This document shows positions 62,394-64,000 of a stretch of 64,000 bases of DNA, one piece after another (position 1 is the first letter of the stretch; every line of letters begins with the position of its first letter). This stretch comes from an uncultured Desulfurococcales archaeon (GTDB lineage Archaea; Thermoproteota; Thermoprotei_A; EX4484-217-1): contig CAZLZO010000002.1 in assembly GCA_964564025.1 (NCBI GenBank), forward strand, positions 15,936-79,935, read 5' to 3'. The notes below the pieces were generated by a model that saw nothing but the letters and a program-made list of their open reading frames with translations, was not told the origin of the DNA and searched no databases. The translations under genes were made by a program, and so were the position numbers.

Positions 62394-63395
62394 ATGGTTA
62401 AAAAAGATGTAGCACTATTAGTTTCTAATATTGTTGAAAACATTAAGGAATGGAATATTAGAAGTTCGTCAGGTGTAGCTGAAGCAGCTCTTGAAACATT
62501 AGCTAAAATAATTAAACTAAGTTCATCGATGAACGAATTAGTAAATAATGTAACATATGCTATGCATGAAATAGTAGCTTCAAGACCTACATCCGCTATG
62601 CTCATTAATTCCTTTAGAGAAATACTTTTAAACCTTAAACAAGGCCTTAAGAAATACATGAAACATGAGGAAATGATTGAAATACTTCTTCGCAGAATAA
62701 GCTACCTTATTGCTAAGTCACGAAGCGACATAGAGAAAATAGCCACAATAGGTGCTAATAGGATAGTTGATGGAGACATCATAATAACTGCTACTTATAG
62801 TAAAACTATAATGAAGATTTTTGAGAAGGCTTTGAAGCAGGGAAAGAGATTTGAAGTATATGTCGCTGAGTCAAGGCCCGGTGATGATGGTAAGATTGTT
62901 GCTTCAGAACTTTCAAAAATGAACATACCAACAACACTTATTGTAGATTCTGCCATGAGATTCTTCATGAAAGATGCTACAAAATCATTTTTAGGTGCAG
63001 AAGCTGTAGCTGCTAATGGAGCAGTTATAAGTAAAGTAGGCTCATCATTACTTGCCTTAGTAGCGCATGAAGCAAGGGTTAGAGTTTTTGTGGCATCTTC
63101 CACCCTAAAGTTTAGTTATGAAACAATTTTCGGAGAACTCGTTAAAATACCTCATGCTCCTGAAAAGACAATATTAAATGAAGAAACAAAGGCAAGAATA
63201 GGTAAAGGCCTAAAAGTCGAAATACCGCTTTTAGACGTAATACCTCCAGAATATGTTGATGCAATAATAACAGAGTATGGCGTTATAGCTCCTCAAGCCT
63301 TACCTATTTTGATGAAAGAAATTTATGGTAAATGGCCTCCGGAATATCCTGATTTGCAAGTTTTAATAGGTGAGATAAGGTCATGGGTAAAGTAG
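62394..63395 (+). CDS. eIF-2B alpha/beta/delta family protein (ribose-1,5-bisphosphate isomerase or aIF-2B-like)
   Basis: Family pattern SSSGVAEAALETLAKII...GANRIVDGDIIITATYSKT...VAESRPGDDG...AANGAVISKVGSS. 333 aa. Confidence 0.7.
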   Translation: MVKKDVALLVSNIVENIKEWNIRSSSGVAEAALETLAKIIKLSSSMNELVNNVTYAMHEIVASRPTSAMLINSFREILLNLKQGLKKYMKHEEMIEILLRRISYLIAKSRSDIEKIATIGANRIVDGDIIITATYSKTIMKIFEKALKQGKRFEVYVAESRPGDDGKIVASELSKMNIPTTLIVDSAMRFFMKDATKSFLGAEAVAANGAVISKVGSSLLALVAHEARVRVFVASSTLKFSYETIFGELVKIPHAPEKTILNEETKARIGKGLKVEIPLLDVIPPEYVDAIITEYGVIAPQALPILMKEIYGKWPPEYPDLQVLIGEIRSWVK

Positions 63396-64000
63396 TTATA
63401 CCCTTCGAAGTAGTGAAGATAGCTGAAGACATAAAAGCTATGAGAATAAGAGGCGCAGGTAGGATAGCAAGAGCCGCAGCCCAAGCGCTTAAAATTGCTG
63501 CTGAAAAATATGTCGAGAAAAAGGATCTCACAGAGTTTATAAAATACATCGACGAAGTGGCTAAACTCCTACTATCTACTAGGCCTACAGCTGTATCTTT
63601 ACCTAACGCTGTAATGTATATTACATCGAGATTAAAGAGAGCAAAAATGAAAACAATAGATGAGGCTATTTCACTTATAGTTAAGCTATCTAACGAATTC
63701 ATAGAGTATTCTAAAGTAGCAACTGAAAAGATAGGTATAATAGGTTCTAGGAGAATTCAGAATGGAGACGTTATTTTAACACATTGCAATAGTTCAGCAG
63801 CGGTTTCTATAATCATCAATGCTCATAAGCAAGGAAAGAAAATTAAGGTTTATGCTACAGAAACTAGGCCTAAGTTTCAAGGATATATTACAGCTAAGGC
63901 TCTTTTATCTGAAGGTGTAGATGTAACACTAATACCGGATTCGGCAGTGAGATACATTATGAAGAAAGTGGATAAGGTAATTGTTGGTGCAGATACCGTA
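63392..64000 (+). CDS. Second eIF-2B family protein (MtnA / R15P isomerase-like), 3'-truncated by the window edge
   Basis: IRGAGRIARAAAQAL...GIIGSRRIQNGDVILTHCNSS...YATETRPKFQG...GADTV. ATGA overlap with the upstream paralog. No stop before position 64000. Confidence 0.65.

Noticed and set aside
1-64000. Searched for CRISPR arrays, IS elements/transposases, integrases, rRNA genes and toxin-antitoxin pairs
   Set aside because: Found no direct-repeat/spacer arrays, no transposase, integrase or DDE-like ORFs, and no rRNA-like stretches. The only selfish element found is the intein.

Overview
This 64-kb window looks like an AT-rich (about 35% GC), gene-dense chromosomal region of a hyperthermophilic crenarchaeon, probably Sulfolobales-like. 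It encodes reverse gyrase, Alba, PCNA, an Rpo13-like protein, PriL and XPB, and uses frequent TTG/GTG starts, overlapping stop/start codons and leaderless TATA promoters. Housekeeping genes include the C-terminus of glutamine synthetase, threonine synthase, gatCAB, MetRS, Nnr, Mrp/ApbC, PfpI, CutA, Hsp20, geranylgeranyl reductase, isoaspartyl peptidase, a nucleoside phosphorylase and two eIF-2B-family isomerases.

The most interesting features are:
- a 477-aa LAGLIDADG intein inserted exactly at the third cysteine of the CX3CX2C motif of a PflX-type radical SAM enzyme;
- a MoaD-MoaE fusion with no canonical start codon, convergent with and overlapping a JAMM/MPN+ protease;
- a Ced-like DNA-import gene cluster (small membrane protein, polytopic membrane protein with a large sequon-rich extracellular domain, tiny membrane protein, membrane-anchored HerA/VirB4-like ATPase), plus a second orphan paralogous membrane ATPase;
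- two paralogous Lhr-type helicases;
- a set of intergenic or gene-end-overlapping C/D box sRNA candidates, several with textbook box architecture;
- a roughly 90-nt GC-rich island of unknown function;
- an intergenic region with four repeated GGTATT-type motifs.

I found no CRISPR array, transposase or rRNA, and could not fold a convincing tRNA. All functional calls come from motif recognition by eye, with no database search.
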